NCBI GenBank assembly: GCA_040756235.1
Contig: JBFLZG010000002.1
Location: forward strand, 32,001-96,000
Reading direction: 5' to 3'
Length of the DNA stretch: 64,000 bases
Source of the DNA: a bacterium
GTDB lineage: Bacteria; Desulfobacterota; DSWW01
The notes below the pieces were generated by a model. It had not been told where the DNA came from and did no database searches. It was given only the letters and a program-made list of their open reading frames with translations. A program made the position numbers and the translations under genes. This document shows positions 40,771 to 50,773 of the stretch, in pieces; position 1 is the first letter of the stretch, and the number at the start of each line of letters is the position of its first letter.

Positions 40771-41885
40771 AAAAGAGAGTCGGACTCATCGTCAACCCGA
40801 TCGCCGGGATGGGGGGCAGGGTGGGTCTCAAGGGGACCGACGGTCCGGAGATCCTGCGGAAGTCCGTCGCCCTGGGCGCCGTTCCCGTATCGTGCGGCCG
40901 CGCGTCGCAAGCGCTGAAAAGCCTCTCGGCCATGGGCGCTGGGTTTCACCTCTTCACCTATCCTCGCGAGATGGGGGAGGACGCGGCCACGGAGAGCGGC
41001 TTGGAGGCGACGACGCTCGGATCGATCCGATCCGGCGCAACCACGGCCGAGGACACGGAGCGGGCCGCCCGGGATCTGGCAGCGGCCGGAGTGGACCTGC
41101 TGCTCTTCGCAGGCGGCGACGGCACGGCCCGCAACATCTGCCGTGGCGTTGGCGACAGACTGCCCGTGCTCGGGATTCCCGCAGGGGTCAAGATGCACTC
41201 GGCCGTCTTCGGCACCACGCCCGCCAGGGCCGGCGCGGCGGCCGCGCTCTTTCTCCGAGGCAGGATCCGCGAGACTCGGGATGCCGAGGTCATGGACATC
41301 GATGAGGGCGCCTTCCGGGAGCAGAGGCTCAGCGCCAGGCTTTACGGCTACCTGCGGGTCCCGGCCGAGCCCAGGATGGTCCAGGCCGTCAAGGCGGGCG
41401 GGTCGGCCGGGGAAGCCTCGGCCGTGCGTGGAATCGCTCTGCACGTGGCCGCCACGATGGATCCGGGCTGCTGCTACCTCATCGGTCCGGGCACGACGAC
41501 CCGGGAGATCATGGAAGTCCTCGGCTTGCCCAACACGCTGCTCGGAGTGGACGTGGTACTCGACCGCTCGCTCGTCGCCTGCGACGTGAACGAAGGTCAG
41601 GTCCTGGAGGTGGTCGGCCGGAGACCGGCCAGGATCGTCGTGGGGGTGATCGGGGGGCAGGGCTACCTGTTCGGGCGTGGCAACCAGCAGATCAGCGACC
41701 GGGTGATCGCCCGCGTGGGCAAGGAGAACATCATCGTCGTGGCCTGCCGGAGCAAGCTCTTTGCACTCGGCGGCAGACCCTTGCTGGTCGACACGGGCAA
41801 CGGCGAGGTCGATCGGATGCTGGCCGGCTACGTTCAGGTGATCACGGGTCTCAAGGAGAAATTGGTTTACCCGGTCGAGTGTTGA
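40767..41885 (+). CDS. ATP-NAD kinase-like / AcoX-related protein
   Basis: GLIVNPIAGMGG, GGDGTAR, GIPAGVKMHS, GRGNQQ; GTGA overlap. Confidence 0.8.
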   Translation: MKKRVGLIVNPIAGMGGRVGLKGTDGPEILRKSVALGAVPVSCGRASQALKSLSAMGAGFHLFTYPREMGEDAATESGLEATTLGSIRSGATTAEDTERAARDLAAAGVDLLLFAGGDGTARNICRGVGDRLPVLGIPAGVKMHSAVFGTTPARAGAAAALFLRGRIRETRDAEVMDIDEGAFREQRLSARLYGYLRVPAEPRMVQAVKAGGSAGEASAVRGIALHVAATMDPGCCYLIGPGTTTREIMEVLGLPNTLLGVDVVLDRSLVACDVNEGQVLEVVGRRPARIVVGVIGGQGYLFGRGNQQISDRVIARVGKENIIVVACRSKLFALGGRPLLVDTGNGEVDRMLAGYVQVITGLKEKLVYPVEC

Positions 41886-41910
41886 TCTGACGGAGAAGAG
41901 GGAAGCGCAA

Positions 41911-42723
41911 ATGGGTCAAGTCATAGCGGTGACGGGAGCGAACTCCGGTATGGGGAAGGCCTGCGTCGAGAAGCTCAGCGGCCGGGGGCACAAGGTTTAC
42001 GGGACGGCCTTCGGCGTACCCGTGGACCCCGCCTGGAAAGGCCTGCCCTACACTCTCCTCCCGTGCGACATCACCAAGCCCCAGGAGGTCGAGGCCTTCT
42101 ACAAGCAGATTCTCGATGCATCGAAGCGCGTCGACGTGCTGGTCAACTGCGCGGGTTTCGCGCTGGAAGGGGGCGTCGAGGACACGACCGTGGAAGAGGC
42201 GAAACTGCAGTTCGAAGTGAACTTCTTCGGCACGCACCGGATGATCCGGGAAGTCCTGCCGGTGATGCGGCAGCAGGGAGGCGGAAAGATCATCACGATC
42301 TGCTCCCTTGCCGCACAGGTGCCGTCCGTTCCCTTCCAGGGCTTCTACAGCATGAGCAAGAAGGCGCTGGACGGATTGATGGAAGCCGTGCGCATGGAGT
42401 GCAGGACCTTCGGCATCCAGGCGACGAGCATCAATCCGGGAGACATGAAGACCGATTTTACGGCGAACCGCGTGCGCGTGGCGGCCCTCAAGCCGGGATC
42501 GCCCTATTACGAGACGTCCCTGAAGAGCGTCAAGACGATGAAGGAGAGCGAAATGAGCTCGCAGGGACCCGAGGTGATTGCGCAGCTGGTCTCCAGGCTG
42601 GTGGACACCGCGAAGCTGAAGCCCCGGTACTTCATCGAGCCGAAGTACAAGCTGCTTCTGTTCGCGACCCGCTTCCTGTCGGCTCGGAGCATCGAAAGGC
42701 TCGTGCAATCGATCTACACCTGA
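41911..42723 (+). CDS. Short-chain dehydrogenase/reductase
   Basis: TGANSGMG, VNCAG, YSMSK. Confidence 0.9.
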   Translation: MGQVIAVTGANSGMGKACVEKLSGRGHKVYGTAFGVPVDPAWKGLPYTLLPCDITKPQEVEAFYKQILDASKRVDVLVNCAGFALEGGVEDTTVEEAKLQFEVNFFGTHRMIREVLPVMRQQGGGKIITICSLAAQVPSVPFQGFYSMSKKALDGLMEAVRMECRTFGIQATSINPGDMKTDFTANRVRVAALKPGSPYYETSLKSVKTMKESEMSSQGPEVIAQLVSRLVDTAKLKPRYFIEPKYKLLLFATRFLSARSIERLVQSIYT

Positions 42724-42763
42724 AGCTGCGGACCGGCGGTTCCTTCGGCGGCCCGCCGAGCGC

Positions 42764-43519
42764 GTGAAAAATGAGGCGCCGATGTCGGTGATCGACGACC
42801 TGCTGGCAGAGCCGACGCACGACGCCGCCATCCGGGACGTGCGGGTGGGGGCGTTCTTCACCGTGCTCTCCACAGAGCACGGCGCCGGCATGGCCGCGAC
42901 CCTGCGCGACGCCCGCGCACCCCACAGTCAGGGCCTCATTCGATGGGCGGGCGAGCTCGCGAGCCACACGGCGCGCGAGCTCGCCGAGTTGCTGCGCTCG
43001 CAGAGCCCGATGGAAGCCTCTCTCGGAATGGCTGCAGTCCACGCGCTGCTGGGCGTGCCCCGGCGCGAGGCGGTTCAGCAGAACGCAGTCGACCTTCTCG
43101 TCCGCAGGAGCGAGGGCAAGAGGGTGGCCGTCGTCGGGCATTTCCCTTTCATCCCCAAGGTGCGGGCCGTGGCGTCCCACCTGGCTGTGCTCGAGCTCGA
43201 CCCGGGGGAAGGCGAGCTGCCGGCCGGAGCCGCAGGAGAGACCCTTCCGGGTGCCGAAGTGGTGGCCATGACCGGCACGACGATCGTCAACAAGACCTTC
43301 GAGACTCTGCTCTCCTATTGCAGCCCCCAGGCCTTCGTGACCGTCATCGGCCCCACCACGCCCCTTTCGGAGGTCCTGTTCGATTACGGCGTCGATCTGA
43401 TCGCCGGGACGCGGGTGGTCGACGCTGCGCTGGCCATGGCGCTGGCCGGCCAGGGAGCCATCTTCACGCAGATGCGCGGCTTGCGCTTGATGACGATCCA
43501 GAAAGAATCTCGAGGTTGA
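42764..43519 (+). CDS. DUF364 / Rossmann-like putative metal-chelation protein
   Basis: VAVVGHFPF, TGTTIVNKT, GPTTP. Confidence 0.75.
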   Translation: MKNEAPMSVIDDLLAEPTHDAAIRDVRVGAFFTVLSTEHGAGMAATLRDARAPHSQGLIRWAGELASHTARELAELLRSQSPMEASLGMAAVHALLGVPRREAVQQNAVDLLVRRSEGKRVAVVGHFPFIPKVRAVASHLAVLELDPGEGELPAGAAGETLPGAEVVAMTGTTIVNKTFETLLSYCSPQAFVTVIGPTTPLSEVLFDYGVDLIAGTRVVDAALAMALAGQGAIFTQMRGLRLMTIQKESRG

Positions 43520-43532
43520 AAGGCACACGCCC

Positions 43533-44588
43533 GTGCGCAAGCTGACCCGAACCGTGTGCGAACTGCTCGATCGGGGCGAAAGGCTCGTGCTGGCGACGGT
43601 GCTGAGTCGGGCGGGCTCCGCGCCGCGGGCGCCAGGCGCCCGGATGGTGGTGCGTGCGAACGGGTCGATCGCCGGCACCGTAGGAGGTGGCCTGGTGGAG
43701 GCCGAGGTCATCCGGGCGGCGGGGGAGCTGTTCGGGGGGAGCGGCTTCCGGATACGGGCCTTCGATCTGGCCGGCTCGACCTCTCATGCAGAGGACGCGA
43801 TCTGCGGCGGCCGTCTGGAGATCCTCCTCGGCCTCATCGAGGCGTGCGACCGCAACCGGGACCTGTTCCACGGCCTTGCGGACGCCTTGAAAGCGAGAGA
43901 GCCCTGCCTGCTGGTGACGGCTCTGGGGCTGGCGGAGAGCGATTCCGGTGAACTGAAGCTGTCTGTGGCCAAAGGGGGGAAGCCGGAGTACGGAGACTTT
44001 CCCTACCCGGCCTCCTGGATCGCCCGGCTGGAAGAGGCCGGGAGTCAGGGCAAGTGGTCTCAGGTCGCGGTCATCGAAGGGCACCGGTTTCTCGTCGAGC
44101 CCTGCGGTGCTCCCGGGACCGTCTTTCTCTTCGGAGCAGGGCACGTATCCCGGCCGGTCGCCGCGCTCGCCCACCTTGTCGGGTTCCAGACGGTCGTGCT
44201 GGACGACCGCGCCGAGTTCGCCAACCGGGAGCGGTTCCCGGCCGCGGACGAGGTCTGCGTCCTCGATTCGTTTGAGCACGCCTTCAGAGGGCTCGAGCTC
44301 GACAGGAACAGCTATGTGGTGATCGTCACGCGAGGCCACAGCCACGACAGGACCGTGCTGACTCAGGCGCTGCGCAGTCCGGCCGGCTACATCGGCATGA
44401 TCGGAAGCAGGCGCAAACGGGACGCCATTTACGAAGCCTTGATGCGGCAGGAAGGTTTCGGGCGCGAGGAGCTTGAACGGGTCCACTGTCCCGTCGGCCT
44501 CAGCATCGGGGCGGAGAGCCCGGACGAGATCGCGGTCAGCATCGTGGCCGAGCTCATCCTGGCCCGGGCGGGAGCGGCGCCGGGATGA
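43533..44588 (+). CDS. XdhC-family molybdenum cofactor chaperone
   Basis: GSAPR, GTVGGG, ICGG, FGAGHV, DDR, TRGH, YIGMIGSRRK, PVGLSIGA. Confidence 0.9.
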   Translation: MRKLTRTVCELLDRGERLVLATVLSRAGSAPRAPGARMVVRANGSIAGTVGGGLVEAEVIRAAGELFGGSGFRIRAFDLAGSTSHAEDAICGGRLEILLGLIEACDRNRDLFHGLADALKAREPCLLVTALGLAESDSGELKLSVAKGGKPEYGDFPYPASWIARLEEAGSQGKWSQVAVIEGHRFLVEPCGAPGTVFLFGAGHVSRPVAALAHLVGFQTVVLDDRAEFANRERFPAADEVCVLDSFEHAFRGLELDRNSYVVIVTRGHSHDRTVLTQALRSPAGYIGMIGSRRKRDAIYEALMRQEGFGREELERVHCPVGLSIGAESPDEIAVSIVAELILARAGAAPG

Positions 44589-45208
44589 GGGAGGAGAAGA
44601 TTGCGGCCCTCCTGCTGGCTGCAGGCGCCTCTTCCCGCATGCGCGGCGCTTTCAAACCGCTGCTGCCCCTCGGCGGCGAGGCGGTCATTGAACGAACCAT
44701 CCGCCTCTTCCGGGACGCTGGGATCGACGACGTGCGCGTGGTGGTCGGCCATCGCTCCGCCGAGCTGACCCCTATCCTGGAAAGACACGGGGCTCGCTCC
44801 ATTCGGAACGCGAACCATGCCGCGGGCATGTTCTCCTCGATCTGCGCGGGAGTCGCCTCCCTGGAGGAGGAGATCGAGGCGTTCTTTCTCCTGCCGGCCG
44901 ACATCCCGCTGGTCAGGCCGGCGACCGTGACGGCCCTGCGCGAGGAATTCCGCCGGCGCCCCGGTCCCGTCTATCGGCCGAGCTGCCGAGGGAGAGCCGG
45001 GCATCCGGTGCTCCTTCCAGCGAGCCTGAGGCCGTGCCTCCTGCGCTGGGAAGGAGAAGGGGGACTGCGGGGTTTTCTGAGTTCCTGCGTTTCCCCCTTG
45101 ATCGACGTGGAAGTGGGGGACGAGGGCATCCTGATCGACTTCGATACGCCCGAGGACTACACCGCATTGCTGGCGCGGCTCCGGCCCGAGGCGGAGACCG
45201 GCTCATGA
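44585..45208 (+). CDS. MocA-like molybdenum cofactor cytidylyltransferase
   Basis: LAAGASSRM, GMFSS, D.P, GHP, DFDTPED. Confidence 0.85.
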   Translation: MREEKIAALLLAAGASSRMRGAFKPLLPLGGEAVIERTIRLFRDAGIDDVRVVVGHRSAELTPILERHGARSIRNANHAAGMFSSICAGVASLEEEIEAFFLLPADIPLVRPATVTALREEFRRRPGPVYRPSCRGRAGHPVLLPASLRPCLLRWEGEGGLRGFLSSCVSPLIDVEVGDEGILIDFDTPEDYTALLARLRPEAETGS

Positions 45209-45402
45209 GGCGGCTGCGTAAGGCTCGTGAGCGGCAGGTGATCGGCGGGTCTGGAGCCTCTCTTGACTCTGTCGGGGAGAGAGGGTATTCAGAGAGCGAG
45301 TGCTCGCTTTCCAACCGATGACGATGGCCGAGAAGCCGTCTCGCTCGTGAAAGGTCCAGACGATGGCAGGCTGTGAGCCGGCCTGCGGGGAGGATGGTCG
45401 CA

Positions 45403-46740
45403 GTGGCTACCGAGATCAAGATGCCCAAGTTCGGCCTGACGATGAAGCAAGGCAAGCTGAGCAAGTGGCTCAAGCAGGAGGGCGAAAAGGTTCAGAAAGG
45501 GGAGCCTCTGTTCGAGGTGGAGACCGAGAAGATCACGAACACCGTGGAGTCCGTGGCCTCCGGGATCCTGTTCCAGATCGTCGTCCCGCCGGGCAAGACG
45601 GTGCCGGTCGGCGCCGTGCTCGCGATCATCGCCGAGGAGGGGGAGCAGCCGGAGAGAATCGAAGGCATACAGGTCAGAAGCGCCGAGGCTGCGTCGGCGG
45701 CGGCCGGATCGGCAGCATCGGCTCCGGGGCCGGGCGCGGGGCAGGAAGGATACGTGCCCGCCAGCCCGGCGGCCAAGCGCCTGGCCAGGGAGCTGGGCGT
45801 GGACCTCACGCAGGTGCGCGGTACGGGCAAGGACGGGCGGGTGACCGAGGAGGACGTGAAGCGGCACCACGCGACAGCGCCCCGAGCGGCCGCCAGGATC
45901 ACTCCCGTGGCGGCGGAGATGGCCCGAAGGGCAGGCCTGGACCCGGCGAAGATCTCGGGTACCGGCGAGGGCGGCAAGATCACCAAGGAGGACGTCGAGC
46001 GGGCCCTTGCGGCACCGGCTTCTCCCTCTGCGGAAGCGGGCGCCCCTCCTGCCGCCGAGTCCGTTCCCTTCACCGGCATGCGGCGCGCGATCGCGGACCG
46101 GATGCACGCCAGCCTGCACGACGCGGCGCAGCTCACCCTCTTCACCGAGGTGGACGTGACGGAGCTCGCGGATTTCCGTGACGCCGTCCGCGCTGAGTAC
46201 GCCAAGGACGAATCGGTGCGGATCTCGTACAACGACATCATCCTGTTTGCCGTCTCGCGTGTCCTCAAGCGCTTCCCGGTCCTGAACTCGACTCTGGTCG
46301 AGGAGGAGATCGTGCTGCATGGTCAGGTGGACCTCGGCATGGCCGTGGCCGTGCCCAACGGGCTCATCGTGCCCAAGATCCGCGGCGCGGACGGGAAGAA
46401 GCTCCTCCAGATCGGACAGGAGGCGCGCGAGCTGGCGCGCAAGGCCAGGGAAGGCTCGCTCACCATGGACGAGGTGGTGGACGGCACCTTCACGGTTACC
46501 AACCTGAGCGCTCTGGGCGTGGACGGGTTCACGCCGATCCTCAATCCTCCCGAGACCGCGATCCTCGGGGTCGGCCGGGTTGTCGAGAAGCCGGCCGTCC
46601 ACAGGGGGCAGATCGCGGTCCGTTCCATGATGACCCTGAGCCTGACGATCGATCACCGGATCGTGGACGGTGCCCCGGCAGCGGAGTTCCTCCAGGCTCT
46701 GGCCCGTCATCTTGAGCATCCCGCTCTTCTTGCTGTATAG
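45403..46740 (+). CDS. Dihydrolipoamide acyltransferase E2 (AcoC-like)
   Basis: Lipoyl domain EVETEKI, two E3-binding repeats (GTG..G.VT/IT), catalytic DHRIVDG. Confidence 0.93.
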   Translation: MATEIKMPKFGLTMKQGKLSKWLKQEGEKVQKGEPLFEVETEKITNTVESVASGILFQIVVPPGKTVPVGAVLAIIAEEGEQPERIEGIQVRSAEAASAAAGSAASAPGPGAGQEGYVPASPAAKRLARELGVDLTQVRGTGKDGRVTEEDVKRHHATAPRAAARITPVAAEMARRAGLDPAKISGTGEGGKITKEDVERALAAPASPSAEAGAPPAAESVPFTGMRRAIADRMHASLHDAAQLTLFTEVDVTELADFRDAVRAEYAKDESVRISYNDIILFAVSRVLKRFPVLNSTLVEEEIVLHGQVDLGMAVAVPNGLIVPKIRGADGKKLLQIGQEARELARKAREGSLTMDEVVDGTFTVTNLSALGVDGFTPILNPPETAILGVGRVVEKPAVHRGQIAVRSMMTLSLTIDHRIVDGAPAAEFLQALARHLEHPALLAV

Positions 46741-46781
46741 AAAGGCACATCCCCAGGAGCCTTGGGAGGAGGTAGCGAGAC

Positions 46782-48152
46782 ATGCACGACGTGATCGTTA
46801 TCGGATGTGGGCCCGGCGGCTATGCCGCCGCGATCCGGGCAGCGCAGTTGGGCGGCAAGGTGGCCGTGGTGGAGGCAGCCGAGACCGGGGGGACCTGCGT
46901 GAACCGGGGGTGCATACCGGCCAAGGTGTGGCACCAGGCCGCCTCGATCCTGCAGACCCTCGGCAAGGCGGAGGCCTTCGGCATTCAGACGACCGGGAGA
47001 ACGGTAGAGCTCAAGACCATCGCGGAGCGCAAGAGCGGCGTCTCGGCCGAGATCCGCATGGGCATGGAGGGGCTGCTCGCCAACAACGGGATCGAGGTCA
47101 CCCGCGGCAAAGCGGCTCTCAGGAGCGCCCGGGAGATCGCGGTGGACGGTGCGGTCCGGGAGGCCGGGAAGATCATCCTGGCCACGGGGGGCGCCCTGCT
47201 GATGCCGGATGTCCCGGGGCTGAAGGACGCGCTCCTGACGACCGACCAGGTCTTCGACATGAGCGAGGTGCCCGCCTCGGTTCTCGTCTGGGGCGCCGGC
47301 TTCGTCGAAGTGGAAATGGCCAACATCCTGAACGCCTTCGGGGCGAAGGTCACGGTCGCCACGGACGCGGCCAGGATCCTGCCGCGCGAGGACCACGACA
47401 CGAGCCAGCGGGTCGGGCAGGTCTTGCGGGAACAGGGCGTGGAGATCGCCGCACGCGTGGGGCTCGAGGCCGTGGAAAAAAGTCCATCAGGCTTTGTCTG
47501 CCGGCTCGGCGGCCCCAAGGAGCGCGTCGTGGAAGCGGCCCGGGTCCTGGTCGCAAGTCGCCGTCCGCACACTGCAGGCCTCGGCCTGGAGGGATTGGGC
47601 ATGGCGTTCCAGCCGGACGGCGGTATTCGGGTGGACGAGCGCCTCGAGACCTCGGTCAAGGGCGTCTATGCGGTGGGCGATTGCACGGGCGGCTGGATGC
47701 TGAGTCACGCCGCCTCTGCCATGGGAATCGTGGCTGCCGAGAATGCCATGGGTCAGGACAGCCGCTTCCCCTTCCACCTCATCCCGAGGGCGAGCTGGAC
47801 GTCGCCGGAGGTGGGGGCGGTGGGCCTCTCCGAGGAAGAGGCGGAGAAGCAGGGCAAGGAGATCGAAGTGGGCCTGTTCCCGTACGCGATCAACGGGCTG
47901 GCTATGTGTCGCAACCAGGTGGAGGGCGCCGTCAAGGTGATCGCGGACGCGAAGTACGGGGAGATCCTGGGCGTGCACATCGTGGGCAGCCAGGCCACGG
48001 AGCTCGTGGGCGAGGCGGTGCTCGCCATGCAGCTCGAGTGCACGGCCCGGGAGTTCGCCCGCAGCATCCGGGTCCATCCCACCTTTTCCGAAGCCGTGGT
48101 GGACGCTGCGCGGGATGCGGAGAAGTGGGCGCTCTACCTGCCCAAGAGATGA
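46782..48152 (+). CDS. lpdA: Dihydrolipoamide dehydrogenase E3
   Basis: GCGPGG, GGTCVNRGCIP redox disulfide, HPTFSE. Confidence 0.88.
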   Translation: MHDVIVIGCGPGGYAAAIRAAQLGGKVAVVEAAETGGTCVNRGCIPAKVWHQAASILQTLGKAEAFGIQTTGRTVELKTIAERKSGVSAEIRMGMEGLLANNGIEVTRGKAALRSAREIAVDGAVREAGKIILATGGALLMPDVPGLKDALLTTDQVFDMSEVPASVLVWGAGFVEVEMANILNAFGAKVTVATDAARILPREDHDTSQRVGQVLREQGVEIAARVGLEAVEKSPSGFVCRLGGPKERVVEAARVLVASRRPHTAGLGLEGLGMAFQPDGGIRVDERLETSVKGVYAVGDCTGGWMLSHAASAMGIVAAENAMGQDSRFPFHLIPRASWTSPEVGAVGLSEEEAEKQGKEIEVGLFPYAINGLAMCRNQVEGAVKVIADAKYGEILGVHIVGSQATELVGEAVLAMQLECTAREFARSIRVHPTFSEAVVDAARDAEKWALYLPKR

Positions 48153-48172
48153 TCGACCGCCGAGGCTGACCC

Positions 48173-49768
48173 ATGGAAGCGCCCGGGGCGAGAGAGCTGG
48201 AGGTTCAGGACTGGGGAAGGATGGGCTACGAGGCTGCCCTGACCCGGCAGAGAGGGCTCGTGGAGGAGCGCATCCTGGAGCGGGCGCCGGATCGTCTGGT
48301 GCTGGTGGAACATCCTCCTGCCGTCACCCTGGGTCGCAGCGCAACGTCCGCCGACCTCGTTGCTCCGCGGGACGAGCTCGAGCGCCGCAACGTCAGCGTC
48401 ACGTGGGTCGAACGCGGCGGCAGGGCGACCTTCCACGGCCCGGGCCAGCTCGTGGCCTATCCGATTACCAGGATCAGAGACCAGGACGTGCACGCTTTCC
48501 TGCAGAGGCTGCTCGGTGCCGCGGCGGAAGTCCTCGAGGCGTTCGGCCTCCGGCCCGAGCGCAAGACCGGCCAGCCGGGGCTGTGGGTGAACGGAGCCAA
48601 GATCGCCAGCGTAGGAGTGGCCGTCCGAAAGTGGGTTACCTTCCACGGGATCGCGCTCAACGTGAATACCGATCCCGCAGGGTTCGAGCTGATCGTGACC
48701 TGCGGTCAGCCTGCCGAGAAGGTGACGAGCATGGAACGCGAGCTCGGGCGCCCGGTCCCGCTCGATGCGGTCAAGCCGCTGTTCGTGCAGGCCTTCCGGA
48801 GGCGGTTCGGGTATTGCCTGCCGCGTGACGACATCGGCGGCTGCGCCGGGCCGAGGCGCCCTTCCTGGCTGCGCGTGCGGGCGGCCGACCCCGGGGCGAT
48901 CGACGGCATGGAAGCGAGATTGAGCGGTTGGGGGCTGGCAACGGTGTGCCAGAGCGCCCACTGCCCGAACCTGGGAGAATGCTTTTCCAGGGGGACCGCC
49001 ACCTTCATGATCCTGGGCACCGTCTGCACGCGCCGGTGCCGGTTCTGTGCCGTGGACAAGGGCCTTCCTGGTGCGCCCGACCCGGACGAGCCGGCGCGGG
49101 TGGCCAGGGCTGCCGGCGCCTTGGGCCTCCGCTACGCGGTGGTGACCTCGGTCACCCGGGACGATCTGGCCGACGGCGGGGCCGCCCAGTTCGCAGGCGT
49201 GGTCGGTGCGTTGAGACATGAGTGCCCTGCCATCCGGGTCGAGGTGCTGGTCCCGGATTTCAACGGGTCCGCCGAGGCCCTCGACCTCGTGTGCGACGCC
49301 TCGCCCGACATGTTCAACCACAACGTGGAAACGGTGCCTCGGCTGTATCCGCTGGTGCGGCCCGGAGCGGATTACCGCAGGTCCCTGGGGCTCATCGCCG
49401 GCGCCGCTCGAAGGGGGCTGCCGGCCAAGTCCGGGCTCATGCTCGGGCTCGGAGAGACGTCTCGGGAGATCTGGGAAACCCTCTATGACCTGAGGAAGGC
49501 GGGCTGCGGGTATCTGACTCTGGGCCAGTACCTGGCGCCCTCGCCGGATCACCTGGCGGTGGCCCGGTACGTGGCTCCCGAGGAGTTCGGCCGATGGCAG
49601 CGCACGGCGCGCGCCATGGGTTTCCTGGAGGTGGCGGCAGGGCCCCTGGTGCGCAGCTCCTACCGGGCCGAAGCGATGTTCGAGCGACCGGGGCGCTCGA
49701 ATTGCGGGTGTGCGAATTCTCCAGGGCATGCAAAGAAGGAGGATCGGGAACATGCGTCCGACCAATGA
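48173..49768 (+). CDS. Fused octanoyltransferase LipB - lipoyl synthase LipA
   Basis: N-half RGGRATFHGPGQL, KIASVG, HGIALN; C-half CQSAHCPNLGEC, CTRRCRFC, RSSY. Confidence 0.92.
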   Translation: MEAPGARELEVQDWGRMGYEAALTRQRGLVEERILERAPDRLVLVEHPPAVTLGRSATSADLVAPRDELERRNVSVTWVERGGRATFHGPGQLVAYPITRIRDQDVHAFLQRLLGAAAEVLEAFGLRPERKTGQPGLWVNGAKIASVGVAVRKWVTFHGIALNVNTDPAGFELIVTCGQPAEKVTSMERELGRPVPLDAVKPLFVQAFRRRFGYCLPRDDIGGCAGPRRPSWLRVRAADPGAIDGMEARLSGWGLATVCQSAHCPNLGECFSRGTATFMILGTVCTRRCRFCAVDKGLPGAPDPDEPARVARAAGALGLRYAVVTSVTRDDLADGGAAQFAGVVGALRHECPAIRVEVLVPDFNGSAEALDLVCDASPDMFNHNVETVPRLYPLVRPGADYRRSLGLIAGAARRGLPAKSGLMLGLGETSREIWETLYDLRKAGCGYLTLGQYLAPSPDHLAVARYVAPEEFGRWQRTARAMGFLEVAAGPLVRSSYRAEAMFERPGRSNCGCANSPGHAKKEDREHASDQ

Positions 49769-50720
49769 GAAGATGATCGGGATGTACACCACCATGCTGC
49801 GCATCCGGCGCTTCGAGGAGAAGATCGAGGAGCTGGTCCTGCTGGCCAGGATCTCGGGCTTCGTCCATCTCTCGATCGGGCAGGAGGCGGTGGCGGCAGG
49901 CGTATGCGGCAACCTCGAGGCTTCGGACTACATCACCAGCACGCACCGCGGGCACGGCCACGTGATCGCCAAGGGGGCGGACGTCCGGCTCATGATGGCC
50001 GAGCTGTTCGCGAAGCGCACCGGGTACTGCAAGGGCAAGGGCGGCTCCATGCACATTGCGGACCTGGATCTCGGGATCCTGGGCGCCAACGGCATCGTCG
50101 GCGGAGGCCCGCCCATCGCCGTGGGCGCCGCGCTCGCCTCCTGGTACAGGGGCGCCCGCAACGTCTGCGCCTGCTTCTTCGGCGACGGCGCTTCCAACCA
50201 GGGCACGACCCATGAGGCCATGAACCTGGCTTCGGTCTGGAGGCTTCCGGTCGTGTTTGTGGCCGAGAACAACCGCTTCGGCGAATTCACGCGCCAGGCC
50301 GACCACCAGCGGGTCGAGTCGGTCGCGGACCGGGCCGCCGGCTACGACATCCCCGGAGTCGTGGTGGACGGCAACGACGCGCTTGCCGTGTACGAGGCGG
50401 CGGCCGAGGCGATCGCCCGCGCGCGGGAAGGCAAAGGGCCCACGCTGCTGGAGTGCAAGACCTACCGCATCAAGGGACATTTCGTCGGAGACGGCGAGTC
50501 CTACCGGCAGCCGGAGGAGGTCCGGCAGTGGAAGGCCCCGGACCGGGACCCGATCTCGCGGTTCGAAAAGAAGCTCGTGGAGATGAAAATCCTCACGGAG
50601 AAGAAAGTCGAACAGCTCAAGGGCTCGGTCCAGAGTGAGATCGAGGAAGCGGTGCGCTTCGCCGAGGAGAGCCCGGAGCCGGACCTGGGCGACCTCCTCC
50701 AGGACGTCTATGCGAATTGA
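49752..50720 (+). CDS. acoA: TPP-dependent acetoin/2-oxoacid dehydrogenase E1 alpha
   Basis: HLSIGQE, STHRGHGH, GGSMH, GDGA..NN TPP motif. Confidence 0.85.
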   Translation: MRPTNEKMIGMYTTMLRIRRFEEKIEELVLLARISGFVHLSIGQEAVAAGVCGNLEASDYITSTHRGHGHVIAKGADVRLMMAELFAKRTGYCKGKGGSMHIADLDLGILGANGIVGGGPPIAVGAALASWYRGARNVCACFFGDGASNQGTTHEAMNLASVWRLPVVFVAENNRFGEFTRQADHQRVESVADRAAGYDIPGVVVDGNDALAVYEAAAEAIARAREGKGPTLLECKTYRIKGHFVGDGESYRQPEEVRQWKAPDRDPISRFEKKLVEMKILTEKKVEQLKGSVQSEIEEAVRFAEESPEPDLGDLLQDVYAN

Positions 50721-50773
50721 AGCTCGGTGGAACGGTTCTCACGGTGAGCTTGTCCACGAAGCTCCAAATCGAG

